From: Promethearchaeota archaeon
GTDB lineage: Archaea; Asgardarchaeota; Lokiarchaeia; Sigyniarchaeales; SOKP01
NCBI GenBank assembly: GCA_016840085.1
Contig: JAEOTA010000081.1
Location: 207,562 to 271,561, forward strand
Reading direction: 5' to 3'
DNA: 64,000 nucleotides
The position numbers and the translations under genes are program-made. Below are positions 50,301 through 60,420 of the stretch, one piece after another; the first letter of the stretch is position 1, and each line of letters starts with the position of its first letter. The notes under the pieces were generated by a model that was not told the DNA's origin, ran no database searches, and worked only from the letters and a program-made list of their open reading frames with translations.

Positions 50301-52986
50301 TTACATCATAACCTAAAATACCTTGATTTTTGACGACATCATTATACTGAATGGTAATATTAAATGTTTGTCTATCAATAAAAATTGAACCATCTGAAGG
50401 ATCAAGTATTTCCAATGTGGTATTTCCTATTATTACTTCAGCGCTCAAATTTACATAATCATGATAATTCGGTTTACTGCCATTTATTATCAAATTAAAT
50501 GAACCATACCTATCAAATATTGATTCACTACAATTTACAATAATATCATAATTACCATTTCCGAATTCTGATATATACTTACTGTCATATGAACCTTCTC
50601 CCTCAATATCAACTTCTATTGTAGCACCAGTTATTCCTTCATTTCTAGACGTATCGTAATAATAAGCTGTAATAGTAAAAGTATCATCTGAATAATAAAA
50701 AAGTTTTTCTGGAAACTTCGTATATGTCAATCCTGTATCTCCTGTTATCGTGATGTCAAACCTAATACTTTGATTTTCATAAAAGGATTTGTTCACATTA
50801 ATTAAAATAATTTGTGGACCATAATTAGTAAAATTTATATCATTACAATAAACTGTTATATTGTATTGCCCATTTCCAAGATTTTTTCTATTATCTTGCC
50901 TCCAATCTACCCCTCCGTTAAGACTGTAATTTAGATTAGCATCATCAATCCCCAGTTCTTTAATTTCATCATAATATTCAATAGTAATATTGAAATATTG
51001 AGACGAGTTATAATTAGAACCATTCCCAAAATTATAATAATTTAAAGTTGTATTCCCTAAGATAGTAAATTGCACAATTTTACTCTGATTATTGAAAAAA
51101 GATCTATTTGCGTGAATTTCGACCGTCCTTAGACCATAACCATTAAATCTAGTATCATTACAATCAATAGTAACAGTATAATTTCCATCATGTAAATTTG
51201 TTACATTATCTATACTGAATGTTGAATCCTCTATGCTATAGCTAATATCCCCATCTAAAATCCCTTTATCTTGACCTGTATCATTAAAATATACCGTTAT
51301 ATTAAATTTTTCATTAGCATAAAAAACGTCATCTGGTAAACTAGGTGTTAAGTCTGAAATGCCTAATATCGTTAAATTATCAATCAAAAATCCAGCTGCA
51401 GTTCCATTATTCCATCCCAGACGAGAAATAAATACACCATAATCCGTAGCATTATCCTTAATTTTCCAATTACCAAGAGATACCTCTTTTGTTGCTGTGA
51501 TGGTATCATTGTAATTTGTGTGATTTAAATAATTGCCTGTGAAATCAGGACTATAAATCTCAATTATTGCGCTGCCGTCTTTAACAATTTCTGAAAAATT
51601 CCCTATAATATCTATTGTTTTATCATAATTTACTGTATAATTATAATATTTAACAGAATCAACAAAAATATTTATTTCATTAAGTAAATTTGTAGATTCT
51701 GCTGTAATATACCAATTAGGACCATTACTAGCATTATAAATTTGAAATTCCCTATATTTATTTACAGGTGGTCCTAATGTTGTGTTGTCAGTTAATTCAA
51801 TGGTATCATTAAATGCTTTAAAATTACTCCATGTCGTTGGGACAGTAAAATTGATCCAATAATTTGTGAATGTAGAATTAAAATGAACTAAATTTCCTAT
51901 AGACGCATTCCAATTAACAGTTTGTCCACTTCCAGCGATATTAAATTTTGAAGAGGCTTGTAAATTTGTTTTAGTAAAATTAATTTGAATTTGAGAAATA
52001 TTACATGTGACATCCCACCAATCGGCAGAAACAACATATTGCAGTTTTCCAGATGCACTAGTATTAACATCTAAAGATTCCCAATAACCTTCATTAATAT
52101 TATCACCATAACCACTCGCATTTTTGCCATTAATTTTAAGTTTAATTTGCTCTGGACTTGGTGTTTCGTTTATCGGAGATAATCCTAGTTTTAAAGTCAT
52201 ATCAATTCCTAATTCAGGTGTTAAGGCACCATGTGCCCAAACAATACTATCATATATCCCATCAGAACCCTCATACCAATTAGCACTTGCATCTAATTCA
52301 CTTCTTACTCTTACAAAGAATGTATTATTATCTGTGTTTGAAGGATCTAAAAATTGATGCCAATTTGTAATATTTTCCCATAAAGGACTAGCATGGTTAA
52401 CATTGGGTATTTGCTTTACCACTGTATTTGGGAGATTATATTTAAGATATGTTCCATCCCAGCTTGCATTATAGATGCGAATTTCTAAATATTGACTAGC
52501 TGTTGTTGATGCTCGAATAGAAATGTTTTCTATATAACAATTGTTTGGTATTTGGAAAGAAGTATAATATGCTTTATCTAATAATTCATTAAAAGCAAAT
52601 TCTTCGTCTTCAATTATTAATGTTTTATTTGGAGCATTTATATCATCAATATTGATTTTAGTATAACTTGAATTAAAATTGGTATCGGTTGGACAAGGGA
52701 TTAGAAATTTATTGTTATTGGAATCAGAAGTATTCAATATGGAATTAAAGGAAGTATCTAAATAAGATTGGTGAAGCGTAATATTAATATTTTCTCCGGT
52801 ACCATTAAAGCTTGTTGGATAATTTGCCAATCTTAGATTATCATCTTGCAAATTAAAATCATCTAACTCGTCACTATTATTTAAGTTTATAAAGATGAAA
52901 TTTAGTAAACTCAAGTTAATTGCTAACAATATAAGAACTAAAATCCGCTTACTTTTGTTGTTTTTTGAGTGTTGCATAATCATCAA
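47386..52986 (-). CDS. 1866-aa surface protein: signal anchor, repeated Ig-like ectodomain, TM, cytoplasmic longin-like and helical domains
   Basis: Repeats of about 100 aa (FNITxxYxD…GNGxYNIT…INASK), many NxS/T sequons, a TM (LLPYLIIIGAAIAVVGASLGVY), then VLVLHKNTGTCIYFKSF…DPELISGFISAISSFG. Confidence 0.8.
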   Translation of the reverse strand: MMIMQHSKNNKSKRILVLILLAINLSLLNFIFINLNNSDELDDFNLQDDNLRLANYPTSFNGTGENINITLHQSYLDTSFNSILNTSDSNNNKFLIPCPTDTNFNSSYTKINIDDINAPNKTLIIEDEEFAFNELLDKAYYTSFQIPNNCYIENISIRASTTASQYLEIRIYNASWDGTYLKYNLPNTVVKQIPNVNHASPLWENITNWHQFLDPSNTDNNTFFVRVRSELDASANWYEGSDGIYDSIVWAHGALTPELGIDMTLKLGLSPINETPSPEQIKLKINGKNASGYGDNINEGYWESLDVNTSASGKLQYVVSADWWDVTCNISQIQINFTKTNLQASSKFNIAGSGQTVNWNASIGNLVHFNSTFTNYWINFTVPTTWSNFKAFNDTIELTDNTTLGPPVNKYREFQIYNASNGPNWYITAESTNLLNEINIFVDSVKYYNYTVNYDKTIDIIGNFSEIVKDGSAIIEIYSPDFTGNYLNHTNYNDTITATKEVSLGNWKIKDNATDYGVFISRLGWNNGTAAGFLIDNLTILGISDLTPSLPDDVFYANEKFNITVYFNDTGQDKGILDGDISYSIEDSTFSIDNVTNLHDGNYTVTIDCNDTRFNGYGLRTVEIHANRSFFNNQSKIVQFTILGNTTLNYYNFGNGSNYNSSQYFNITIEYYDEIKELGIDDANLNYSLNGGVDWRQDNRKNLGNGQYNITVYCNDINFTNYGPQIILINVNKSFYENQSIRFDITITGDTGLTYTKFPEKLFYYSDDTFTITAYYYDTSRNEGITGATIEVDIEGEGSYDSKYISEFGNGNYDIIVNCSESIFDRYGSFNLIINGSKPNYHDYVNLSAEVIIGNTTLEILDPSDGSIFIDRQTFNITIQYNDVVKNQGILGYDVSYSLNEGMSYRTDNITYIGNGQYNITIFADHSDFNNNFGFIDIIINASKQHYNNLSRPLTIHRQITTTIEPLNNIDLGSVIRGLNVSYTFNYTDYTPDPIIGANWTELSPPYGFDPWLKDWANGTYTIYLDTDYVDVSGSPYTYIFTISAIGNETQTINLIIDVTIIETQIENLVWNSEIARNSRLNQTIRFYFNDTTNNEAVLGLKTSNVSITSYATGTIWDRGDFNWKLNDLWDNGTYIVDVSTKGLNSGWYTLQLNVSKFPNYDVSLALVTFYLRGNYTQFNLISISDPGGALTSISSGHLYRIFKGSDINLEYSISDLEFNNNNVTQAASSYYVTYRNLNTGVTGVLQSNIQFIYPNHVGTVSTSISELVAGNYLINIATALTNYENATFAFNLTIIGKYNVRITVLDIPTEVTAGNVFNITILAEYYDGTVWLPLIGENIIITPYFDGVAGDSITPIFTNSSGIYIFQIPTRTDAMNITLTVEIQITYNHLGDTLEISDIILNPPPPGLTFGDLLPYLIIIGAAIAVVGASLGVYRGVVVPKKREKARVLTEVRTIFDDAINLEHVLVLHKNTGTCIYFKSFGSEAIDPELISGFISAISSFGKDLVSQEELNEISYGDKMLLLSDGEFIRIALVLSKNASIILRKNLKELIKIFEKTYANDLPTWRGQLNIFRDSGMLIDEILNTSIILPHEITYEFSNIKALKISHSRDVLKIANSLIKDSERNFFFIATLLKEASEKSSKDTAEIFMGIKELRDMKILMPIEISAIEAPPISQQEINLINQKVTSLIDLSPEEKQKLVNDLAQMGPAEREAYFASLTERQEIVSAPIEAKPGAALIENVKEAKKEIKKLNKIAREKLDKKDFDKSIEIFQNAARIALNWELSREFTVLDDIIRKIKIKDLKIKMKKLENEAKTAAKEEKYSESAQKYKMSSKIASEIFKLGVTEMTKEVKRLTNKAKEYEKLV

Positions 52987-53259
52987 AAAATTTTTCTATT
53001 TAATTTTAAATTTATAATTTTTTTATAATAACAATAATCATTAACACTAATAAGATTGTAGATATATGAATATTTGTTTTTAAATAGTATTATATGAGTT
53101 ATTATCGCGACTAACTCCTATAAATTTATCTGATTTTAAAATTATTTTAATTATGATTTAATAAAATGCAATAATGGATAAAAGAGGACAAATAAAACAA
53201 ATAAACTTTAATTGTAAGAAAATAATGTAAAAGGAGATAAGGTAAAAAGTAACCAGATC

Positions 53260-53958
53260 TTAATTGTTTTCTTCTTTCTTTTTTAAAATTATTCTTGCAT
53301 CGACACAAACTAACCCCTTATCGTAAATAAATACCGGATTTAAATCCATTTCGTTAATTTCTTCATGTTCGACAACAAGATCAGATATTTTTAATAATGT
53401 CTTAACTATTGCATCAAGATCCGCTTTTGGTTTACCGCGATATCCATCTAATATGGGGAACCCCTTTATTTCGTGGATCATCTCGTTAGCATCATATTCT
53501 GTAATTGGTGCAATTCTGAAACTCACATCTTCGAGTAATTCAACTAATATCCCGCCTATTCCAAACATCAGAGCAGGTCCAAATTGTGCATCTGTCGTCA
53601 TACCAATAATTAACTCTGTTATTGGCTCGTCTGCCATTTTCTGAACAGATATTTTCCTATCTGCTTGAGATGGAATATTCATTAATTCATTATAAGCAGT
53701 TTCTACTTCTTCTTTACTTTTTAGATTCAATTTGACAGCACCAGTATCAGATTTATGTACAATATCTTCTGCAATAAGTTTCATAACTACAGGATACCCA
53801 ATTTCTTCAGCCGCGGATATAGTTTCTTCTTTTGAAATTGTTAACTTTTGAGCAGGGATTTGAATACCTAATTCTTGTAGTAATTCTTTAGATTCAAATT
53901 CTGTTAAAACAGTCTGATTTGATTCAATCTTTTCTTTTAAAACTTCAGCTATATTCAT
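53260..53958 (-). CDS. ADP-forming acyl/acetate-CoA ligase beta (ATP-grasp) subunit
   Basis: Motifs LTEFESKELL, GYPVVMK, HKSDTGAV, FGPALMFGIGG and DLNP. Confidence 0.92.
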   Translation of the reverse strand: MNIAEVLKEKIESNQTVLTEFESKELLQELGIQIPAQKLTISKEETISAAEEIGYPVVMKLIAEDIVHKSDTGAVKLNLKSKEEVETAYNELMNIPSQADRKISVQKMADEPITELIIGMTTDAQFGPALMFGIGGILVELLEDVSFRIAPITEYDANEMIHEIKGFPILDGYRGKPKADLDAIVKTLLKISDLVVEHEEINEMDLNPVFIYDKGLVCVDARIILKKKEENN

Positions 53959-54119
53959 TCTTATACATCAATCTCGTTTAAGAAATTTAAACTAATAACT
54001 TCTAATTATTTAATAAAATAATATTAAAAATTTAAAATTAATTAAATAGAATTTCTTATCTTGTTCTTATAAAAATTTTTTTAATTAAGGGTAAAAAATT
54101 GTGAAAAAATAAAAATTTA

Positions 54120-56948
54120 CTAAGATTTTTTCAGTATCGTCATTCCCCTTTTCTTTCGAATTCGGTATTTTCTAACTTCATCTACAACTGATACACTGAA
54201 TGCTGCAATGAAAAGGGTTATCCAGTAATAGGGATGGAATAAAGGTACAACATGAAAAGCTATTGCCATTGGAGTGAAAAGAATTAAGAGTTGTAGACCA
54301 AGAGAAAGTCCCGTTGCCCAAAATAAATGCTTATTTGGAAACAAGTAAAATGGTTTGATGTTGGAGGTACACGTGTAAACAAACAATAATTCACATATCA
54401 CTAGATTAGTAAACAGTATTGTCTGTGCTAAGGATATAGCGTAAGCAGAATCAATAGCTGTAAGACGCGGGTCTATTCCTGCATCTACCCAAGCTGGAAG
54501 TAAAACGCTCCAAAGAAGTAAGTAGAGTGTAATATCTGTAATAGAAGTATAAATTCCAAGTAAAAGAACTGGACCTTTAATCTCAGGTAATAATGTGAAA
54601 CCTTTTCGAGGTTTATCTTTCATTACATCAGGATCTGTCGGTGTAAAACCAAGAACCATGGCTGGTATTCCATCTGTTGCAATATTAAGCCAAAGAATTT
54701 GAATTGGTTCAACTGGAAGGGCAAGAAACACAGTTGAAAATAGTTTCATAACAATATAAGCAGCTAGAATCAAGAAGATTTCATCAAAATTCGTGCTTAA
54801 CATATACCTAAAGAAACCTTTCGTAGTTTCAAAAATCCCCCTACCTTCTTCTATTGCATTAACTATGGTTGCATAATTATCGTCTATTAGTATCATTTCC
54901 GAAGCTTCTTGAGTTACTTCTGTCCCTTTTAATCCCATCGCAACACCAACATGAGCACCTTTAACCGCCGGCGCGTCATTAACTCCGTCTCCTGTCATTG
55001 AAACTATTAGATCTAATTCCTTTAATCTCCTCAATATTCTTAATTTATGTTCAGAAGAAACTCTAGCAAAAATATCGACAGTTTTGACCCTCTCACGAAG
55101 ATCATCATCATTCATTTCTTCAAGTTCTATACCAGTTATAGCTTCACTTGATTGAGTTAGTCCAATTTCATGAGCAATTGCGATGGCAGTGATCTTATGA
55201 TCACCTGTAATCATTATCGTTCTGATACCAGCCATTCGAGCTTCCTCTATTGCATCTTTGACTTCGTCTCTTGCCGGATCAATTATGCCTGCCAAACCAA
55301 GATAAATGTAATCTTTTTCTATTTCATCTTCCGTATAATCTTCGTTTAAAGGTTTATAGGCAATTCCTAATACTCTCAATGCATTTCTTGCAAATTCTTC
55401 ATTTTTTTTAAGGATGATATCTCTTACCTCATCGATTGGTTTTTCCTCTCCATCTAAGAATGCTTTACTGGCATTATTTAATAAAATATCAGGTGCCCCT
55501 TTAATTAAAGAATATACTTTATTATCGATTCTTGAAACAACGGACATCATTTTTCTATCAGAACTAAATGGAATTTCATCAACTTTCTCAGATTTAGTAT
55601 CTAATTCCATCTTCATAGCTAATACTTTAAGAGAAATCTCAGTAGGATCTCCAACAACATCAGTGTCGTTTGTTCCATCATTTCGAAGTGAAACGTTCGA
55701 ATTATTGCAAAACATACATACTTCAAGGTATCTTTTTAAGTAATTTTCGTATGAAACTGGAACTTGTTTTCCTTTCTCACCTATAATTTTTCCTTCAAGG
55801 GCATATCCTACTCCTTCTACATTATATTCTTCACCTCCAAGAAACACTTTTACCACGGTCATTTCATTCTTAGTTAAAGTACCTGTTTTGTCTGAGCAAA
55901 TTACATTAACTCGTCCTAAAGTTTCAACTGCAGTTAATTTTCTTACTAATGCGTTTCTATCTGCCATTTTCCGCATCCCTATAGACATAACGACGGTAAT
56001 AACTACCACCAGACCTTCAGGAACAGCAGAAACGGCTAAACTTATTGAAATTTCAAATGCTTCAATAATTTCATCGAGTGTACCTTGGGTGGCTAATACA
56101 ATTATAAGTTCAGTGACAAATACAGCAGCACAAATTATCAAAATTATTATCCCAAGAAGTTTTCCGAATTTATTTACTTCTTGTGTAAATGGGCTAGCCT
56201 CTAATTCTTCTTCTTGTAAACTCTCAGCTATTTTTCCTATTTCGGTTTTCATTCCAGTTCCAATTACAATACCCTCTCCATTCCCGCGTGTGATTATTGT
56301 ATTCATATATCCAAGATTAGTTCTGTCTGCCAAAATCATCTTTTCTTCAACTGGATTCAATTGTTTTTTAACAGGTTTAGATTCTCCTGTTAAAATCGCC
56401 TCATCAACATAAAGTGAAAATTCTTTATACAATCTAATATCTGCCGGAAATTTATCACCTTCTTCTATTAAAGCAATATCACCTGGAACTACTTCCTCCA
56501 CACTGATTTCTACGACTCGACCTCCTCGTCTAACTTTCGCAAAATGCGGCGCTAACTTCTTCAAACTCTCAAGAGATTTTTCTGCTTGATATTCTTGATA
56601 AAAACCAAGTATTGCATTAACTATTAAAATAGCTGCTATCACTATAGCATCTGTATATTCTGAAGCCCAAGCTTCAGCTTCAGGTTGAGCAGATTCATAT
56701 ATTCCTATGATGATTGATACGGCTATCGCAAAAAACAAAAGATATATAAGGAAATCTTTGAATTGCCCTATGAAAATCTGCCATGCTGTTTTACCTTTTT
56801 CTTTAATTAATTCATTTCTCCCATATTTTTCAAGTCTTTTTTGAACTTCTTGCTCCGTTAAACCATTCTCAAGTGATGTATTCATTTTATTCGCTAATTC
56901 TTCAAAACCAATGGAGTGTGCCCGAATATTTTCCATTTTCATCATCAT
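54120..56948 (-). CDS. P-type cation ATPase, type IIA (Ca2+ SERCA/PMR1-like)
   Basis: Motifs LTGES, AVPEGL, CSDKTGTLT, KGAPD, TGDGVNDAPA and QILWLNIATD. Confidence 0.93.
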   Translation of the reverse strand: MMMKMENIRAHSIGFEELANKMNTSLENGLTEQEVQKRLEKYGRNELIKEKGKTAWQIFIGQFKDFLIYLLFFAIAVSIIIGIYESAQPEAEAWASEYTDAIVIAAILIVNAILGFYQEYQAEKSLESLKKLAPHFAKVRRGGRVVEISVEEVVPGDIALIEEGDKFPADIRLYKEFSLYVDEAILTGESKPVKKQLNPVEEKMILADRTNLGYMNTIITRGNGEGIVIGTGMKTEIGKIAESLQEEELEASPFTQEVNKFGKLLGIIILIICAAVFVTELIIVLATQGTLDEIIEAFEISISLAVSAVPEGLVVVITVVMSIGMRKMADRNALVRKLTAVETLGRVNVICSDKTGTLTKNEMTVVKVFLGGEEYNVEGVGYALEGKIIGEKGKQVPVSYENYLKRYLEVCMFCNNSNVSLRNDGTNDTDVVGDPTEISLKVLAMKMELDTKSEKVDEIPFSSDRKMMSVVSRIDNKVYSLIKGAPDILLNNASKAFLDGEEKPIDEVRDIILKKNEEFARNALRVLGIAYKPLNEDYTEDEIEKDYIYLGLAGIIDPARDEVKDAIEEARMAGIRTIMITGDHKITAIAIAHEIGLTQSSEAITGIELEEMNDDDLRERVKTVDIFARVSSEHKLRILRRLKELDLIVSMTGDGVNDAPAVKGAHVGVAMGLKGTEVTQEASEMILIDDNYATIVNAIEEGRGIFETTKGFFRYMLSTNFDEIFLILAAYIVMKLFSTVFLALPVEPIQILWLNIATDGIPAMVLGFTPTDPDVMKDKPRKGFTLLPEIKGPVLLLGIYTSITDITLYLLLWSVLLPAWVDAGIDPRLTAIDSAYAISLAQTILFTNLVICELLFVYTCTSNIKPFYLFPNKHLFWATGLSLGLQLLILFTPMAIAFHVVPLFHPYYWITLFIAAFSVSVVDEVRKYRIRKKRGMTILKKS

Positions 56949-57230
56949 TTTTATATTTATATTTAAATGATTTTTAAAAGTTTCTTTATAATCTAATTAT
57001 TTGATTGAACAAATTTAAATTCAGACTTTGATAATGTACAAAATTATCTTAAAAAATTTTTGAAAAGAGAGTAAGTTTAAACCTAAAATTTGAACTTGAC
57101 AAAAGTTTCAATTATTAAAAAATAAAAATATAAACTTTTTAAATGTGAATTGTCTCATTAATGTTAATTTAATTTATCTAATAAAAAAAACGATTCTATT
57201 AAATATCATAAATATTTTTGTTCGATTATT

Positions 57231-57824
57231 ATGAGACCTTCTCGTGTGTTTAGACTGATATTTCGGATTTTCATCTTGATATTAACTGTATCTGTAACTC
57301 TTGTATCGGTAATTGGCGGATTATCAGCGGTCCTAATCTTTCAAGATTTTGATAAAAATATTAATATTGATACTGAAAATGCAGATTTTGTTTTGGATAT
57401 AAATACAACTTCAGGAGAAATTAATAACATAGAATTTAGTTTACCTTTTAATATCACTAATGCGGGTTATTTTGATTTAGATAACCTTAGATTAGAACTT
57501 CAAATTGCTATAAATTATAGTCACATAGATTATCCCTCTCCAGGATTGAATGAAACAAGAAAAGTTATAATCTTTGAGAAAATACAACGGTTTCGTATAA
57601 TACCAAAGGGACAAACTGGAAATTATACATTTACTGGCGATTATAGCGATTTTATGGTCGATAATTTTCCAGATTTAACTACGGAAGTGGATGTATATAG
57701 TGGACCTCCTATATTTTCATTCTATGCCAACTTTACTATAAGTTTGGATTATTCTATTGGACTCCATTCACTTCGATTTGGAGTGTATGAGATGCCCGTT
57801 GGAGAATATCCAGGAGGTTATTAG
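57231..57824 (+). CDS. Membrane-anchored hypothetical protein (beta-rich, LEA/WHy-like)
   Basis: An N-terminal TM followed by a beta-rich domain (LPFNITNAGYFDL). Confidence 0.6.
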   Translation: MRPSRVFRLIFRIFILILTVSVTLVSVIGGLSAVLIFQDFDKNINIDTENADFVLDINTTSGEINNIEFSLPFNITNAGYFDLDNLRLELQIAINYSHIDYPSPGLNETRKVIIFEKIQRFRIIPKGQTGNYTFTGDYSDFMVDNFPDLTTEVDVYSGPPIFSFYANFTISLDYSIGLHSLRFGVYEMPVGEYPGGY

Positions 57825-57825
57825 G

Positions 57826-58308
57826 ATGGGCGCAGTTAAAAATATGGTTAGAGGTGTTATTGTCACTGCTGTGTATGTGACGACTACAATAATCATCCCT
57901 ATGTATACTTTCTCATTGATTCGAGATTATACAGGTGCTTTTTTAGAATTCTCAGAGCAGGATTATGCAACAATAGTATTCTGGTTAACCGCATTCGGAG
58001 TATTGATTTGTGGATGTGCATTTTTTACGTATTCTTCTCCTAAACAGTCAATTAGAAGAGGTGTTTTTGCTTTAATTCAAATTATTGTAAACTGTTTGTA
58101 TATATGGAGTTATAAATTTTCCGGTGCAACCGAACTGATATTTTCCTTTCAGATGGGAGATCAATCTGGATTTGTAGCCTTAAATCTCCAGCAAATGATT
58201 CTAGTTTACATGGGGGTATATTTTCTGACAATTGTGTTAAAAATCTATGATATAATCGATTTTATTATTAATAGAGAAAAAATCCGAGAAGATCGGATGA
58301 AAGCTTAA
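57826..58308 (+). CDS. 4-TM hypothetical membrane protein
   Basis: SD GGAGGT before ATG 57826, and four hydrophobic segments. Confidence 0.7.
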   Translation: MGAVKNMVRGVIVTAVYVTTTIIIPMYTFSLIRDYTGAFLEFSEQDYATIVFWLTAFGVLICGCAFFTYSSPKQSIRRGVFALIQIIVNCLYIWSYKFSGATELIFSFQMGDQSGFVALNLQQMILVYMGVYFLTIVLKIYDIIDFIINREKIREDRMKA

Positions 58309-58322
58309 ATGAGGTGAATTGA

Positions 58323-58727
58323 ATGTTCTTTCAGCTAGAATATATGTCATGGTTACAAACTATAGCAGATATTATTGGCACTATCTTATTGTTCCTTAAG
58401 CCGCTCGTCGTCCCCATCGGCATATTTATGGTGGGATGGATTTCTGCTGCTTTAGAGTTCTTGCAACAAAACTTTGGCGAAAGTCTTACCTTTTACATTA
58501 TAATTGGTGTTATTTTAGTAGTATCTGCTATTATAGTTAACATAATTTGGCCAGGAGATCGACCTGGGACAATTTTTTCTAAAGGCGTAAAAAAAGTTGA
58601 AAAATTTGAAGAAGAATTTGAAGAATCTGAAGACAACGAAGTAATAGATGATGTACGGCGCTGTAAGGATTGTGGAAATCCGATCGGAGACCAGGATATT
58701 TGTCCCTTATGCGGAGCTCGTAATTAA
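58323..58727 (+). CDS. Membrane protein with acidic linker and C-terminal Zn ribbon
   Basis: SD GAGGTG, TMs, an EEEFEESED linker and CKDC…CPLC. Confidence 0.7.
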   Translation: MFFQLEYMSWLQTIADIIGTILLFLKPLVVPIGIFMVGWISAALEFLQQNFGESLTFYIIIGVILVVSAIIVNIIWPGDRPGTIFSKGVKKVEKFEEEFEESEDNEVIDDVRRCKDCGNPIGDQDICPLCGARN

Positions 58728-58997
58728 AAATTATATTATTTTTTAAATATTTTTTATTTTTTTAACTCTTTAAAACTAATATAGGAACTCTTTTTCAAAA
58801 ATAACTCACTATTTATCCTTCTAATTCGTCAATTTTATCTTTCCCTTTTGAAGAAAATCCATATCACATAAGATTTAATTATATCAACTTGTCAAATATC
58901 ATTGTTTAACTTAATAAAATATAATAAGAATAAACAACTAACTTTTTAAAATAAAATATTTTGGAATTAAGATTTTGAAAAAACAGAAAAATAATAG

Positions 58998-60161
58998 TTG
59001 GTAATTATGGATTTTTCCTTAACCGAAAATCAAAAGATGTTAAAAAAAATTACAAGAGAATTTGCTGAGGAATATCTTGTACCTGTTGCGCTAGAAAGTG
59101 ATGAGAAACAGGAATTAGATAAGACAGCTTTTCAGAAAATGAAAGAAATGAATTATTTTGGGGCATGTATTCCCGAAGAATACGGGGGTGCTGGACTTCA
59201 TAATGATACTATTGGCTATTGTGTTGTTGTTGAGGAAATTGGACGTGCTGATGCAGCTTGGGGGCTCTCTATTGCAGTTCATAACAGTCTTGCTACATAT
59301 CCTATCTATAAATATGGAACTGAAGAACAAAAGCAAAACTTTATAATAGATCTTGCTAAAGGTGATAAAATAGGAGCTTTTTGTTTAACAGAAGCAGACG
59401 CAGGTTCAGATGCGGGAGGAGTGCAATTAGCAGCAGAAAAAGATGGAGATGAATATATACTCAATGGAAGTAAGATTTTTGCAACAAATGGGGGTATTGC
59501 CAATACACTACTTGTAATAACTAAAACTGGTGAAAAAGAGAGTAAAAAACAACTTACTGTTTTTATTGTTGATACTGATACTCCTGGTTATTCTGTTGGC
59601 GCAAAAGAGGATAAATTAGGGGTTCGTGGCTCAAATACGTCTGAGCTTGTATTTGAAGATGTTAGAGTGCCTCAAGAGAATATTTTAGGAGGAATTGGAG
59701 AAGGATTTAAGCTTGCAATGCAAATCTTAGGATTTGGAAGAATTGGTATCGCAGCTCAATCCGTAGGTTTAGGACAAGCAGCGTTAGAAGCCTCAATTAA
59801 ATATGCAAATGAGAGAATTCAATTTGGGCGACCAATAGGAAGATTTCAAGCGATTCAATGGAAAATTGCAGATATGGCATGTGCTGTCGAAGCAGGTCGA
59901 TTTTTCACTTATAAAGCTGCTTATATGTATGATAATCAAATGGATTTTGGACATGTTAGTTCAATGGCAAAATTAGTAGCATCTGAGGCGGCAATGCAAG
60001 CAGCTCATAGTGCTGTTCAAATACATGGAGGATATGGTTTAATGAAAGCTTATCCCGTAGAAAGATATTTCAGAGATGCTAAGATGGGTGAGATTTACGA
60101 GGGAACAAGTGAAGTTCAAAGATTAGTTATTGCTAATCATTTATTACGAAAAGGAGTTTAA
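58998..60161 (+). CDS. Acyl-CoA dehydrogenase (short-chain/butyryl-CoA type)
   Basis: Motifs FCLTEADAGSD, NGSKIFATNG, RIQFGRPI, QIHGGYG and IYEGTSEVQ. Confidence 0.95.
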   Translation: MVIMDFSLTENQKMLKKITREFAEEYLVPVALESDEKQELDKTAFQKMKEMNYFGACIPEEYGGAGLHNDTIGYCVVVEEIGRADAAWGLSIAVHNSLATYPIYKYGTEEQKQNFIIDLAKGDKIGAFCLTEADAGSDAGGVQLAAEKDGDEYILNGSKIFATNGGIANTLLVITKTGEKESKKQLTVFIVDTDTPGYSVGAKEDKLGVRGSNTSELVFEDVRVPQENILGGIGEGFKLAMQILGFGRIGIAAQSVGLGQAALEASIKYANERIQFGRPIGRFQAIQWKIADMACAVEAGRFFTYKAAYMYDNQMDFGHVSSMAKLVASEAAMQAAHSAVQIHGGYGLMKAYPVERYFRDAKMGEIYEGTSEVQRLVIANHLLRKGV

Positions 60162-60420
60162 CTAATAAAGAAGAGATAAATGTTTATTAAATAATTAACT
60201 TCGTATATTTTGAAGTCAGCGGAAACAGATTTTATTCTTTAATTGGGTTATCAATTAAAAAATTACATCTCCTTTTTTTTTAGTAATGCTACAATAAAAG
60301 TTATTTTTGATATTTTCTATCCTTTCATGCTTTTATTTAAATATTTTATTAAATGAATAATGTTAAATTTAAATTTGTAATTGATCTAATTAGATGTAAT
60401 AAGAATATATCTTATCATAT

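Noticed and set aside
55414-56412. Antisense ORFs of 109 and 174 aa in the P-type ATPase, and similar short overlapping ORFs elsewhere in the track
   Set aside because: They lie opposite or out of frame to well-supported genes and have no recognisable motifs.
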